The position numbers and the translations under genes were made by a program. This document shows positions 47,477 through 56,362 of a stretch of DNA of 64,000 nt, piece after piece (position 1 is the first letter of the stretch; each line of letters opens with the position of its first letter). The notes below the pieces were generated by a model. The model was not told the DNA's origin. It was given only the letters and a program-made list of their open reading frames with translations, and ran no database searches. The stretch is from positions 480,001 to 544,000 of the forward strand of contig OY762069.1 of the NCBI GenBank assembly GCA_963665095.1. The letters are read 5' to 3'. The stretch is from an uncultured Desulfobacter sp. (GTDB taxonomy: Bacteria > Desulfobacterota > Desulfobacteria > Desulfobacterales > Desulfobacteraceae).

Positions 47477-47739
47477 TTTTTTTTTAACCAGTCATTCTCA
47501 ACTTCGAGCTGACCGATTTTCTTATATAATTCGTCTATTAGATTCTGAGTATCATTTGGGCTTTTCTTTTTCGCTGATGAAAACAACGTCGGAAGACCCT
47601 CTATCGCTTCTTTCTTCCATCTGTTTAACATAGTTCGATGAACCTGGTATTTGGATGACAACTCCGCAAGAGTTTCATTTTCTCGAATCACATCAACTAC
47701 AACTTTAGCTTTGAACTTTCCGGTATAATTTTTTCTCAT
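47455..47739 (-). CDS. IS3 transposase OrfA (HTH)
   Basis: RKNYTGKFKAKVV...ELYKKIGQLEVENDWLKKK; GGAGG RBS. Confidence 0.92.
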   Translation of the reverse strand: MRKNYTGKFKAKVVVDVIRENETLAELSSKYQVHRTMLNRWKKEAIEGLPTLFSSAKKKSPNDTQNLIDELYKKIGQLEVENDWLKKKVNTINL

Positions 47740-47828
47740 GGACCTCCTTTTTCGGTACAAATTTGAACCGGGTTTTTATCACCTCATATGTACCTTAGCA
47801 ACTGGTTCAAATTTCGGGGTCCATTATA

Positions 47829-48178
47829 CCCTTCGGTTCCACAACATAGGCTGAACTGAATAAAGAACTCCTCCGGCACATCCTCAGGCTCTCCCCGGGG
47901 CTTGCGCATGCAATTGCTGAAATATAAGGGGCCTCCACAATGGGGACAGGGCAACTGTCTGTAATGTTTTGCTGTATTTTTGTCGATTTCGTAAAGATGG
48001 ATAAAAAGATTTTTATTTTTAATAAGTCCTGATTGCATACCTCCTGCCCTGTTGGGTTAATAGGGGGGCAGAAGTTCCATTGATTATTTGCTAGATAAAC
48101 GGGGGAGCTTCTGCCTCATCCCTGGCATATCTTGCAAATTATTTTTAATTTTTCCATGATTTTTTGTGATCATTCTCA
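47829..48178 (-). mobile_element. Left end and interrupted first ORF (CPHCGG Zn-finger type) of a TG-ended transposable element
   Basis: ORF from 48038 reads ...CPHCGGPL...RKPRG...FSLCCGTEG and resumes as CRKR at 46301 beyond the IS3; terminal TGAGAATG at 48178. Confidence 0.6.
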
Positions 48179-48515
48179 CTTATCCGGTTTTTTAAACGGA
48201 GGATCAGAGGAAGGCGGTTTGCTGGAATTTTGAGAATTTTTGTTGAGCTTGTTTTCAAGCTCTGTGACCCGTTTTTTAAGGTTCTCTGTTTCCATAAGCA
48301 ATTTCATAACCACCTCTTCCAACTGGATAATATACCGTTGGACCGGCTCCGGGGTAGCTTGAAATTCTTCATCTGAAAAGGGTCTTTTAATCTCCATGAA
48401 ATTGAAGATAGCATAATAAAAAGCAAAAATCTAGATTTTTTATTAATTCAATATGTTGTATTTAATACGTAATTTCAAAATGTTAAGCAGGGCAAGTACC
48501 CCTGTGAATAGATAC
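48176..48515 (-). pseudogene. IS66-family transposase N-terminal remnant (DUF6444-like) with left end
   Basis: LENKLNKNSQNSSKPPSSDPP; GTATCTATTCAC end at 48515; truncated at 48178. Confidence 0.78.
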
Positions 48516-48759
48516 GAAGATCGTATGGCAGCATTCTGAGAGAAGCTGTCTTTAACATTTCGCCATGAAGACTACATCAAAACCAAATCCCGGAAATGCG
48601 AGGAAGGGGGCCTCGGACTATTAAAATTCAACGCTTTGAGATTGCATGTATTTCGGGGTTTTTGATTTGGATAATGAGCGAGCCCTATGATTGACCACTT
48701 TTCAGCAACGGCTTGACCTTCCTGTCTTGAGAGTTGCGGCTTGTTTACATCCTTGATGA

Positions 48760-49752
48760 TTATACTTTCTGGCTGATATTGCCGGGTCTGAACATGGAGA
48801 GCTGATCCAGATTAAGATATCCCAGGGTGATTTTAAGCCCCTGACTGGCATTTTTTGCCAAAGTGAGCCAATTTTCAATCTCCATTTTTAGATCCTCTTC
48901 TCCCACTTTTTCCTGGCCGTTATCGCCTCTGATATCATGGTCCATTTTACCGGAATTAATGAAAGTCCATTGGTCTGATGTTTTGGAGATGACGCCGGTA
49001 TGTCCTTTGTTTTGAGTCGAAAAGGAGAGCACCTGCCCCCGGGCAAGCAGGTCTTTCATTTCATCCATCAGTTTGACTGCCTGACTTTTGGGATCGTCAA
49101 ACCGGTAGAGGGTTTTCTTATAGACGGATTGGCCGGATTCAGAGACAAGACCCTCGCCATTGAGATAGGCGTTTTGGGGCAGCCCCTTTGCCACGGCCTG
49201 GTTTATCAAATGTCTGCCAAGCCCGTTTTTACCTGAATATTGCACCCCAAGATTCTGCAACCCGCTGACCACAAGCTCGAAACAGTCCATATCCTCATAA
49301 TTCTCTCCTATGAATGATTTGACTGCTGAACACAGATCTGCAGGCAAAGGTTTCGTATCTGCAGACGCTAATGGTAAAGAGGCGTTTTGTTTATTGGCCT
49401 CAACCATTTTTGATTCGAAATTGGCAAGGGATTTTCCCCATAAGAGATTGCCGGTTGAGGGATCGTAGGCAACCGTGGTGCCCGGCTGGATTTTATTAAA
49501 TGGTTTGTCCTCATTAACAGGGTCATAGATGATGTTCCAGCATTGATCCTTCAGGGAAGACTTCTGGAGCAGATGGGAGATGGTTGGTGTTGACTGCGTT
49601 ATCTTGCCAAGGATCACAGGCTGATTTGGCCTGTTTTTTGACGCTGATGAAGGCAATTGAACGGCATTGCCTTTTCTTATACTATTTCCCCGGGTTTGGT
49701 ACCCTGTGTTTTGCGGCATCCCATAATACCCTGTGCCTGACTGGATATTCAC
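48760..49752 (-). CDS. Hypothetical protein with NlpC/P60-like Cys-His motifs
   Basis: GGAGG RBS plus GTG; FIGENYEDMDCFELV and GHTGVI. Confidence 0.7.
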   Translation of the reverse strand: MNIQSGTGYYGMPQNTGYQTRGNSIRKGNAVQLPSSASKNRPNQPVILGKITQSTPTISHLLQKSSLKDQCWNIIYDPVNEDKPFNKIQPGTTVAYDPSTGNLLWGKSLANFESKMVEANKQNASLPLASADTKPLPADLCSAVKSFIGENYEDMDCFELVVSGLQNLGVQYSGKNGLGRHLINQAVAKGLPQNAYLNGEGLVSESGQSVYKKTLYRFDDPKSQAVKLMDEMKDLLARGQVLSFSTQNKGHTGVISKTSDQWTFINSGKMDHDIRGDNGQEKVGEEDLKMEIENWLTLAKNASQGLKITLGYLNLDQLSMFRPGNISQKV

Positions 49753-49806
49753 ATCGACCTCCGTTGCGTCTTAAAACTTAGGTGGCTTTATTCTGCTTGT
49801 ATATAT

Positions 49807-49933
49807 TTCATTTAACGTGCCAAAGCTAAGGGGTTGATTAACTTATCGTAATCATGAGCGATACTTGTATTGGCGTCAAGGTGGTATCGTCAAAATGCTG
49901 ACGTTGATAAATGTATCCGTCGATTTTGTGACA
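49807..49933 (-). promoter_or_regulatory. Sigma-54-like promoter with upstream GTC-N8-GAC palindromes
   Basis: TGGCACGTTAAATGAA (49807-49822); CGTCAAAATGCTGACG (49888-49903); CGTCGATTTTGTGACA (49918-49933). Confidence 0.55.
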
Positions 49934-50045
49934 ATCTTATTTCCTTTTCTGGGCGATTTCAGATTGCTATGAAACTGGCGCTCAAATAGCAGGGAATGAT
50001 GATGGCAGTGTCACCAACAGCCACGGGTTTAGGTACAGCAAATTT

Positions 50046-50348
50046 AACGCCGCGGTCATGGCTGCGGAAGAGGGGATAAAAAATGTTGCGCAGTGCCCGC
50101 AATTTGCCAAAACTACTTCTGAAGCATGTCAACGAGTCTGTTTTATGATTGATGAAACTGCTTAAAGCGCCTGACAGATTTCATTGAACGTGCAGTAGCA
50201 GGCCGTTGCGGCGGTGAAACAGGTTATTGAGACCATGGAAATAATAAACCAGGGTGCCCGGGCTGCTTTTATGGGAATCAGCCAGGTTAAAACAGAAGGG
50301 GGGTAAACCCTGAATGAAGCACCCTGGAAATTGAAAAGAATGGTATAA
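50046..50348 (+). pseudogene. Methyl-accepting chemotaxis protein C-terminal remnant with four in-frame stops
   Basis: NAAVMAAEEGIKNV...QISLNVQ*QAV...GISQVKT...TLNEAPWKLKRMV* aligns with the 62660 ORF. Confidence 0.85.
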
Positions 50349-50357
50349 CCCGCCCCT

Positions 50358-51128
50358 TTAAAATCCCCGGGCCTGCAAAAAATCCTTAATGGCCTGATTT
50401 ACCTCTTCGGGTTTCTCCACCGGCGACAGATGGCCGGCATCGCTGATGGAGACATGGCTGGCAGAAGGAATTTTGTCTGCCATAAAAACACCGAATTTTT
50501 CCGGGGTCAGTTTGTCATCTGTGGCGGTCAGAATAAGGGTGGGAACAGTGATATCTGCCAGCCGGTCAATCACATCAAAGTTGTCGCAGGCCTTAAAGTC
50601 GTCAAAGATAATCTTCGGGTCAACCTTGAGCATCTCATCAAACAGGTGACGGACCTTTTCCCTCGGGGTTTTGGGAGAGACTGAGACCATGGGAGATGCC
50701 GCAACATATCCGGGATAATCAGTCTGTATCATCTCAAAAATCTGGGGCATCACCCTGAGCCTTGCCCCGGAATTAAAAATGATACCGGCAACAACCAGAG
50801 ACGCTTCAGTCAAAAGCAGATCAAGGGTGACAGCACCGCCAAGGCTTAAACCACCCAGGACAGGGTTCGGCAGCTGCATATCCCGTAAAAATGCGGCTAC
50901 ACTGGAAGTATAATCACTGACAGCCTGCATGCCGGCCTGACTGTTTCTGCCGTGGCCCGGCAGATCTAAGGCTATGACATTGCATACCTCCTGAAGCCCT
51001 GCGATCTGCTTCTCCCAGAAGGTTGCGGCCTGGCCTGAACCGTGAATAAGCACCAGCGATGCTTTGTCAGGGTTGACGGCATTGTCTCCGGAAAGAAAGG
51101 TGACACCATTGTGTTCCTGTTGTTTCAT
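50358..51128 (-). CDS. Alpha/beta fold hydrolase
   Basis: LIHGSG, DLPGHG, GLSLGG nucleophile elbow, DKLTP, AGHLSPVE. Confidence 0.92.
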   Translation of the reverse strand: MKQQEHNGVTFLSGDNAVNPDKASLVLIHGSGQAATFWEKQIAGLQEVCNVIALDLPGHGRNSQAGMQAVSDYTSSVAAFLRDMQLPNPVLGGLSLGGAVTLDLLLTEASLVVAGIIFNSGARLRVMPQIFEMIQTDYPGYVAASPMVSVSPKTPREKVRHLFDEMLKVDPKIIFDDFKACDNFDVIDRLADITVPTLILTATDDKLTPEKFGVFMADKIPSASHVSISDAGHLSPVEKPEEVNQAIKDFLQARGF

Positions 51129-51339
51129 AGCTTCTCCAGATCTAAAAATTAATAGCCCTTTTTGACCTAATCTCTGAAATACATTTAAAAGTGACATAAA
51201 AGACTTACATGAAAGTCTGGAAGCTGTCTAATATAATTGATTAAAAATTTGCCATGGGGAGAAATAATCCTGAACGGCGCTCCATGAAATATCCAGGTCC
51301 ATGGACCCCATGAGTGGACCCTTTGTGCAAAGGCGCTTG

Positions 51340-51999
51340 CTATCGTTTTTTTTCACAGTTAAACCATATCATGGCATTTTTATTCTCAACCTGAACTTTT
51401 TTGTATTGCCTGGTTAAAACTGCCATAACATCGTCTTTTGTTAATTGATGGGAGGAAAACCAGCCTTTTTTTTTCAGGACAAGATTCACAACCGCATCTG
51501 TTAATAATTTTTCATTTCGGATATAAAAACAGCCAATCAATTTGCCATCCGGCCTTAGTACCCGAGATATTTCAGAAAAGGCAGCTTTTTTATCTGGAAA
51601 GGCATGAAAACCATTCATTGATAACACCAGATCAAAGCTGTTATCCTCAAACTTGAGATGTCCAACATCGCCCTGCATTAATTCAACATTACTTGAATTT
51701 TTAAATCGTACCGTTGCTTTTTCCAGCATATCCTCTGAATAATCCAGCCCAACAATTTCTGCGTTTTCCAGACGTTGGTATTTTTTAGACGTAAACACGC
51801 CTGTGCCGACAGGAACATCTAAGAGCCGACCTTTGAAGTCATCCGGTATCCATGACAGGAGTTTTTCGGCAATCATCAAATCATCTACACCCCAGAAAAG
51901 GTTTATGTAGATTTTTGATAAAACTCCTTTTTGTGTCAATACATTATCATAGATGTTCATTGACTCCCTGTAAGCCACTTTAACCTTATCCTGGTTCAC
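51340..51999 (-). CDS. Class I SAM-dependent methyltransferase
   Basis: LLDVPVGTG, GLDYSEDM, SFDLV, RVLRPDG. Confidence 0.9.
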   Translation of the reverse strand: MNQDKVKVAYRESMNIYDNVLTQKGVLSKIYINLFWGVDDLMIAEKLLSWIPDDFKGRLLDVPVGTGVFTSKKYQRLENAEIVGLDYSEDMLEKATVRFKNSSNVELMQGDVGHLKFEDNSFDLVLSMNGFHAFPDKKAAFSEISRVLRPDGKLIGCFYIRNEKLLTDAVVNLVLKKKGWFSSHQLTKDDVMAVLTRQYKKVQVENKNAMIWFNCEKKR

Positions 52000-52122
52000 T
52001 GATTATCCTTCTTCTTTTAAGCGGTTATAAATTTCTTAACTATCCGGCTTTCAACTCAACGGTACGATGATAATGTTTTTATTAATTTAATGACACAGGC
52101 CCCGTAAGCGGCCCTTTAGAGG

Positions 52123-52494
52123 TTAATCGTCTGCACCCGTAAGGGGCCTTTCGCCGGTTATTTTGAAATATACAAGAAACCTGTCCTCTTCCGGGGCGGT
52201 ATCCCGGGTTCTGCGCCTGAGTGTATCGATCAGCGGCGAATTTTTTTCTTCTTTGACTTTGGTTAAATACAGCCGTTTTCCTTTATATCCAGGTTGCGCT
52301 TCAATGAACAGGTAAACGGCTGATGGGTTGGATTCAAGGTTTTTGTGTGACAGCCGGTCCCGCATGATAAAGGCGATCCCGTCTTCAAGGAAATGGGGGC
52401 GTGAATAAATTGCTGCATCAACTTGGCCACGGTCATTGGCTGTGGATAAGACGCCTGTTCCGGATGTTGTTTCAAAATATTTCTTCAAGGACAT
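52123..52494 (-). CDS. Pyridoxamine 5'-phosphate oxidase-like (split-barrel FMN-binding) protein
   Basis: GVLSTAN...VDAAIYSRP...SHKNLESNP. Confidence 0.8.
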   Translation of the reverse strand: MSLKKYFETTSGTGVLSTANDRGQVDAAIYSRPHFLEDGIAFIMRDRLSHKNLESNPSAVYLFIEAQPGYKGKRLYLTKVKEEKNSPLIDTLRRRTRDTAPEEDRFLVYFKITGERPLTGADD

Positions 52495-52581
52495 ATCGCG
52501 GTTCCTCCATTGTCAGTGATAAATTCATCAGGGGCTCTCCGGCTGCAGGCAGATATGGTTTTTCCCAAAAAGCCTGAAAGT

Positions 52582-52621
52582 AACAAGGGGCAGTGACCAC
52601 AAGTGGCGCCCGCCCCTTGTT
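52582..52621 (-). terminator. Hairpin downstream of the 47-aa gene
   Basis: AACAAGGGGC...GCCCCTTGTT. Confidence 0.6.
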
Positions 52622-52636
52622 GCCGCAAAGCGCTTA

Positions 52637-52780
52637 TTATCCGGCTACATCAATTCCCGGGTCACACCCCAGGTGTACATCGGGGTTTTCACATTCAAAG
52701 TTGTGGTGCCTGGTATCTGTATGTCCTTCAGTTCTTTCCTGGTCACTTTCCACATAATCCTGAGTTCTTTTTTCAGTCAT
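52637..52780 (-). CDS. Unannotated 47-aa small protein MTEKRTQDYVESDQERTEGHTDTRHHNFECENPDVHLGCDPGIDVAG
   Basis: GAGGTGA RBS, ATG, double TAA stop, promoter TTGAAT-N16-TATAAT at 52851-52878, downstream hairpin. Confidence 0.75.
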   Translation of the reverse strand: MTEKRTQDYVESDQERTEGHTDTRHHNFECENPDVHLGCDPGIDVAG

Positions 52781-52910
52781 TTTATCACCTCATATATAAA
52801 GTAAGAAATTTTGTTAATTTTAAAACGACCAATTATTCGTCGTTAGATATATTATAAGGCATGACTTATAGTATTCAAGGGTGAAGATGATTTTTTTTTT
52901 GAGAGGGTAT

Positions 52911-53090
52911 TTATGTTTCAGAGATATTTAAGGAAAACAGTTCAACATTTTTGAAGGGCCGTCCCGCCCAGACAACGACTTCTCGTGTGCCGGCGGTAAC
53001 AGCCAGTTCTCTTACGGCATATCTTTCAATGTCAGATAATCCGCCTTCAAGCTCAGCCGTGGGGTGCATGAGGATGACAGGGCGGATCAT
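52911..53090 (-). pseudogene. 59-codon fragment resembling short MreB-like (YjaA-type) proteins
   Basis: IRPVILMHP...EGGLSDIERYAVRELAVTAGTREVVVW parallels Mre[36 protein letters not shown]. Confidence 0.6.
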
Positions 53091-53098
53091 CAGATGAT

Positions 53099-54304
53099 CT
53101 ATTCATGGCGCAGGGCATCAATGGGATCCATGCGGGCCGCTTTCATGGCCGGAAAATATCCGAACACCACACCTACGGCAGCAGAGAAAAAGAAAGCAAT
53201 GACAATGATGGAATAATCCGGGGCAAAGGGAATGGTCAGCACCTTTGTCAGTCCGAAGGAGGCCGCAATGGCCAGAATGATACCAAAAATCCCGCCAAAG
53301 GAGGAGAGGACAACGGCCTCCACCAAAAACTGCATGAGCACCTCATGTTCATAGGCCCCGATGGCAAGCCGGATGCCGATCTCCCGGGTGCGTTCCGTTA
53401 CGGATACCAGCATGATGTTCATGATGCCGATGCCGCCCACAAGCAGACTGACCGCTGCCACGGCACCTAAAAGAGCGGTCATGGTTTTGGTGGTGGAGGT
53501 GAGCATGGTGGCCAGCTCCTTGGTATCCATAATCCGGAAATTGTCCTCTTCATTGTCGGCAATGTGGCGCCGGGTTCTTAACAGGGCCTTGATGGTATCA
53601 GACGCAGTGGTGGTGGAGGCATCCTCTTTGACTGACACCTGGATAAACGGAATATCCTTGTCTCCGGTGAACCGACGCTGGACCGCTTTGATGGGCATGA
53701 TGACACAGTCGTCCTGGTCACGCCCCATGGAGGAGTTCCCCTTGGCGGCCAGAAGTCCTATGATCTGGCAGGAGACTTTGCCCAGGCGCATTTTGCGCCC
53801 CACAGGATCATCGTCTCCGAACAGATTTTCCCGGATAGTGCTGCCCACAACACACACGGTTCGGCCGGCACTGAGTTCGTTTTCAGAAAAAGTGCGTCCG
53901 GACGTAATTGTCCAGTTGCGCACGGTAAAAAAGTCATTGGTGGTGCCGGTGATGCTCGTGCTCCAGTTCTGGTTGCCCACCACGGCCACGGCAGATGCAG
54001 ACACAGCAGGAGCGACCCCGGACAGGTCACTGATCTGGGTCTCAATGGCATGGACATCCTTGACCGAAAAATTGGGCGCACCGGATGCCCCGCCCGGACC
54101 ATGCCGCTGGCCTGGTCTGATCAGCAGCACATTGGTGCCCATGGCGGCAATCTGCTGGGTTACCTGAACAGTGGTGCCGTTGCCGATGGTCACAAGCGTA
54201 ATCACGGCAGCCACACCAATGATGATGCCTAAAATGGTAAGAACCGAACGCATCACATTGCGCCGGATGCCCCGCAGGGCCAGGATAAAGGTGTTCCAGA
54301 TCAT
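53099..54304 (-). CDS. MacB-family ABC transporter permease
   Basis: RSVLTILGIIIGVAAVI, SLLVGGIGIMNIMLVSVTERTREIGIR. Confidence 0.93.
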   Translation of the reverse strand: MIWNTFILALRGIRRNVMRSVLTILGIIIGVAAVITLVTIGNGTTVQVTQQIAAMGTNVLLIRPGQRHGPGGASGAPNFSVKDVHAIETQISDLSGVAPAVSASAVAVVGNQNWSTSITGTTNDFFTVRNWTITSGRTFSENELSAGRTVCVVGSTIRENLFGDDDPVGRKMRLGKVSCQIIGLLAAKGNSSMGRDQDDCVIMPIKAVQRRFTGDKDIPFIQVSVKEDASTTTASDTIKALLRTRRHIADNEEDNFRIMDTKELATMLTSTTKTMTALLGAVAAVSLLVGGIGIMNIMLVSVTERTREIGIRLAIGAYEHEVLMQFLVEAVVLSSFGGIFGIILAIAASFGLTKVLTIPFAPDYSIIVIAFFFSAAVGVVFGYFPAMKAARMDPIDALRHE

Positions 54305-55032
54305 CTGTCCTGACCTCCTTTTTCCACCGGGTGTTGGTCACCATCCTGATCCGCCACCTGACCGTCCCGGAAAACAATGATCCTGTCCGAGTAAGCCGCC
54401 ATCTCTTCCTCATGGGTGACCATGACCACGGTGATTTTCTGGTTTCGGTTCAGGCCTCGCAGCAGCTCCATGATTTCATGGCTTCGGCCGGAGTCAAGGT
54501 TGCCGGTGGGCTCATCGGCAAACAGCACCGATGGTTGAGTGGCAATGGCCCTGGCAATGGCCACCCGCTGCTGCTGGCCCCCGGACAGCTCGCCCGGGGT
54601 ATGGGCTTCCCGTCCGGCAAGGCCCACCTGGGCCAGGGCTTTTCGGGCCAGTTCCCTTCGTTCTTTTGGAGGAAGGCCTCTGTACATCAGGGGCAGCTCC
54701 ACATTTTCCACAGCCGTGGTCCGGTTGAGCAGGTTAAATCCCTGGAATACAAATCCGAGATAAAACCTGCGCAGGGTGGCAAGCTGTTTGCGGTTCATGT
54801 GGCTCACCTCCACGCCTCCGAATTTGTACGTCCCGGATGTGGGGGTGTCCAGACAGCCGAGAATGTTCATGCAGGTGGACTTGCCAGACCCTGACGGACC
54901 CATGACCGAGATAAATTCTCCGGGGTTGATGGACAGGTCAATGCCACGCAGGGCAAAAATTCTGGCTTCATTGCTGCCGTAGGCTTTGGTAACCTTGTGC
55001 AGTGTAATCAGCGGTGTAGTATTATCCGTCAT
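54301..55032 (-). CDS. MacB/LolD-type ABC ATP-binding protein
   Basis: GPSGSGKST, GFVFQGFNL, LSGGQQQRV, ADEPTGNLD. Confidence 0.93.
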   Translation of the reverse strand: MTDNTTPLITLHKVTKAYGSNEARIFALRGIDLSINPGEFISVMGPSGSGKSTCMNILGCLDTPTSGTYKFGGVEVSHMNRKQLATLRRFYLGFVFQGFNLLNRTTAVENVELPLMYRGLPPKERRELARKALAQVGLAGREAHTPGELSGGQQQRVAIARAIATQPSVLFADEPTGNLDSGRSHEIMELLRGLNRNQKITVVMVTHEEEMAAYSDRIIVFRDGQVADQDGDQHPVEKGGQDR

Positions 55033-55036
55033 GGCC

Positions 55037-56329
55037 TTACTTTTCCTGGCTGGCTGAAATGATAACGGCAGTCCCTTCTTTGATGTCACCTTCCAGTATC
55101 TGGGTGTTGATGCCGTCGGTGAGACCGGCTTTTACCGTCACAGGCCGCGGGTGGTTGTTTTCATCCAGAATCCACAGGCTGTCCTGGTCTTTGTTCAGGG
55201 TAACCTGCTTGGGTTTTTGCTGCATACGCCTGGGCGGCCCCGGCATCAGGGCGGAGACCAGGGACCTTTTCTGGCTGCCGGCCCCGGGTTTGGGCGGGGA
55301 AAATCGTAAGGCGGCACTGGGCACAGTCAGGACCTGGTTGGCCTGCTGGACGATGATATCCGCCGTGGCAGTCATGCCCGGCCGAAGGGCAAGGTCATTG
55401 TTGGCGCAGGTCATGATGGTTTCATAGGTAACCACCCCGTCCGTGGTGGTGGCATTGAAGCGCACCTGAAGAATTTTGGCCTCAAATTTACGGTTGGGAT
55501 AGGCATCCACCGTAAAGTGGGCGTCCAGCCCCTCTTTGACCATGCCGATGTCCGCCTCATCCACATCCACGTTCAACTGCATTTTGGTTAAATCTTCGGC
55601 CAGAGTAAAAAGAACAGGCGCTTCATAGGAGGCTGCCACAGTGGAGCCCTTTTCAATTTCACGGGTCAGCACGATGCCATTCACAGGCGAAAGAATGTCT
55701 GCCTTGGATAGTTCTGTGAGCGTACTGTCCAAAGAGGCCTGGACCTCGGCCACACTGGCATTGGCGCTGGCCAGGTCTGCAATGGCCCGGGTATGATTGG
55801 CCTGGGCCTCATCCAGATCGGTCTGGGCCGGGACTTTGCCGCCGCTTAACTTCCACACTTTTTTGAGGTTTTTCAGCTTCAGGGTGGTTTCGTCCACCGT
55901 GGCCTGGGCCTGGAGGACGGATGCCTTTGCAGATGCCAGAGACGCCTTGCTTTTCCTGACCTGGGCCTGGAGATCTTCAATATCCAGACGGGCCAGCACC
56001 TGGCCTTCAGTTACGGTATCATTATAATCCACAAATACATTTTTAATGGTCCCGGATAATTCAGAGCCCACCTCCACCTCGTTGGTGGGTTCCAGGGTGC
56101 CGGTGGCCGATACTGTGACATGGACATCGTTGATGGTGGCCTTTGCTGTTTTGAATGACATGCCTGCACCCGGGCCGCCGTTGCCGCCGGGCGGGCCCTT
56201 GGGCAGAAGAAAAAACCAGGCGGCCGCTCCTGCAAGAATCAGCAGCACAAGGATAATGAAAATACGTTTTCCCCGTTTTTTAGGGGAGCGCGCGGTCAGT
56301 GTGTTGTTAATATCATCAGTTAAATCCAT
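55037..56329 (-). CDS. MacA-family periplasmic adaptor subunit
   Basis: ATGTLEP, VGSELSG, VDEADIG, LRPGMTA. Confidence 0.92.
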   Translation of the reverse strand: MDLTDDINNTLTARSPKKRGKRIFIILVLLILAGAAAWFFLLPKGPPGGNGGPGAGMSFKTAKATINDVHVTVSATGTLEPTNEVEVGSELSGTIKNVFVDYNDTVTEGQVLARLDIEDLQAQVRKSKASLASAKASVLQAQATVDETTLKLKNLKKVWKLSGGKVPAQTDLDEAQANHTRAIADLASANASVAEVQASLDSTLTELSKADILSPVNGIVLTREIEKGSTVAASYEAPVLFTLAEDLTKMQLNVDVDEADIGMVKEGLDAHFTVDAYPNRKFEAKILQVRFNATTTDGVVTYETIMTCANNDLALRPGMTATADIIVQQANQVLTVPSAALRFSPPKPGAGSQKRSLVSALMPGPPRRMQQKPKQVTLNKDQDSLWILDENNHPRPVTVKAGLTDGINTQILEGDIKEGTAVIISASQEK

Positions 56330-56362
56330 GGATGCTCCAAAGAGAATTAAAAGGGGTCGTTA

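Larger units (their letters stand above)
46305..47828 (-). mobile_element. Complete IS3-family insertion sequence, 1524 bp
   Basis: Ends TGAAGTGGACCCC and TATAATGGACCCC (reverse complement); 3-bp CCC target duplication at 46302-46304 and 47829-47831. Confidence 0.9.

Noticed and set aside
48575..48670. Imperfect inverted repeat (AAACCAAATCCCGGAAAT...ATTTCGGGGTTTTTGATTTGG)
   Set aside because: Single copy with poor pairing; cannot be told apart from a weak terminator or chance
51297..51320. GGTCCATGGACC palindrome
   Set aside because: Short, single occurrence, no identifiable regulator
52603..52857. 84-aa plus-strand ORF
   Set aside because: No RBS; the opposite-strand 47-aa ORF has promoter, RBS and terminator support
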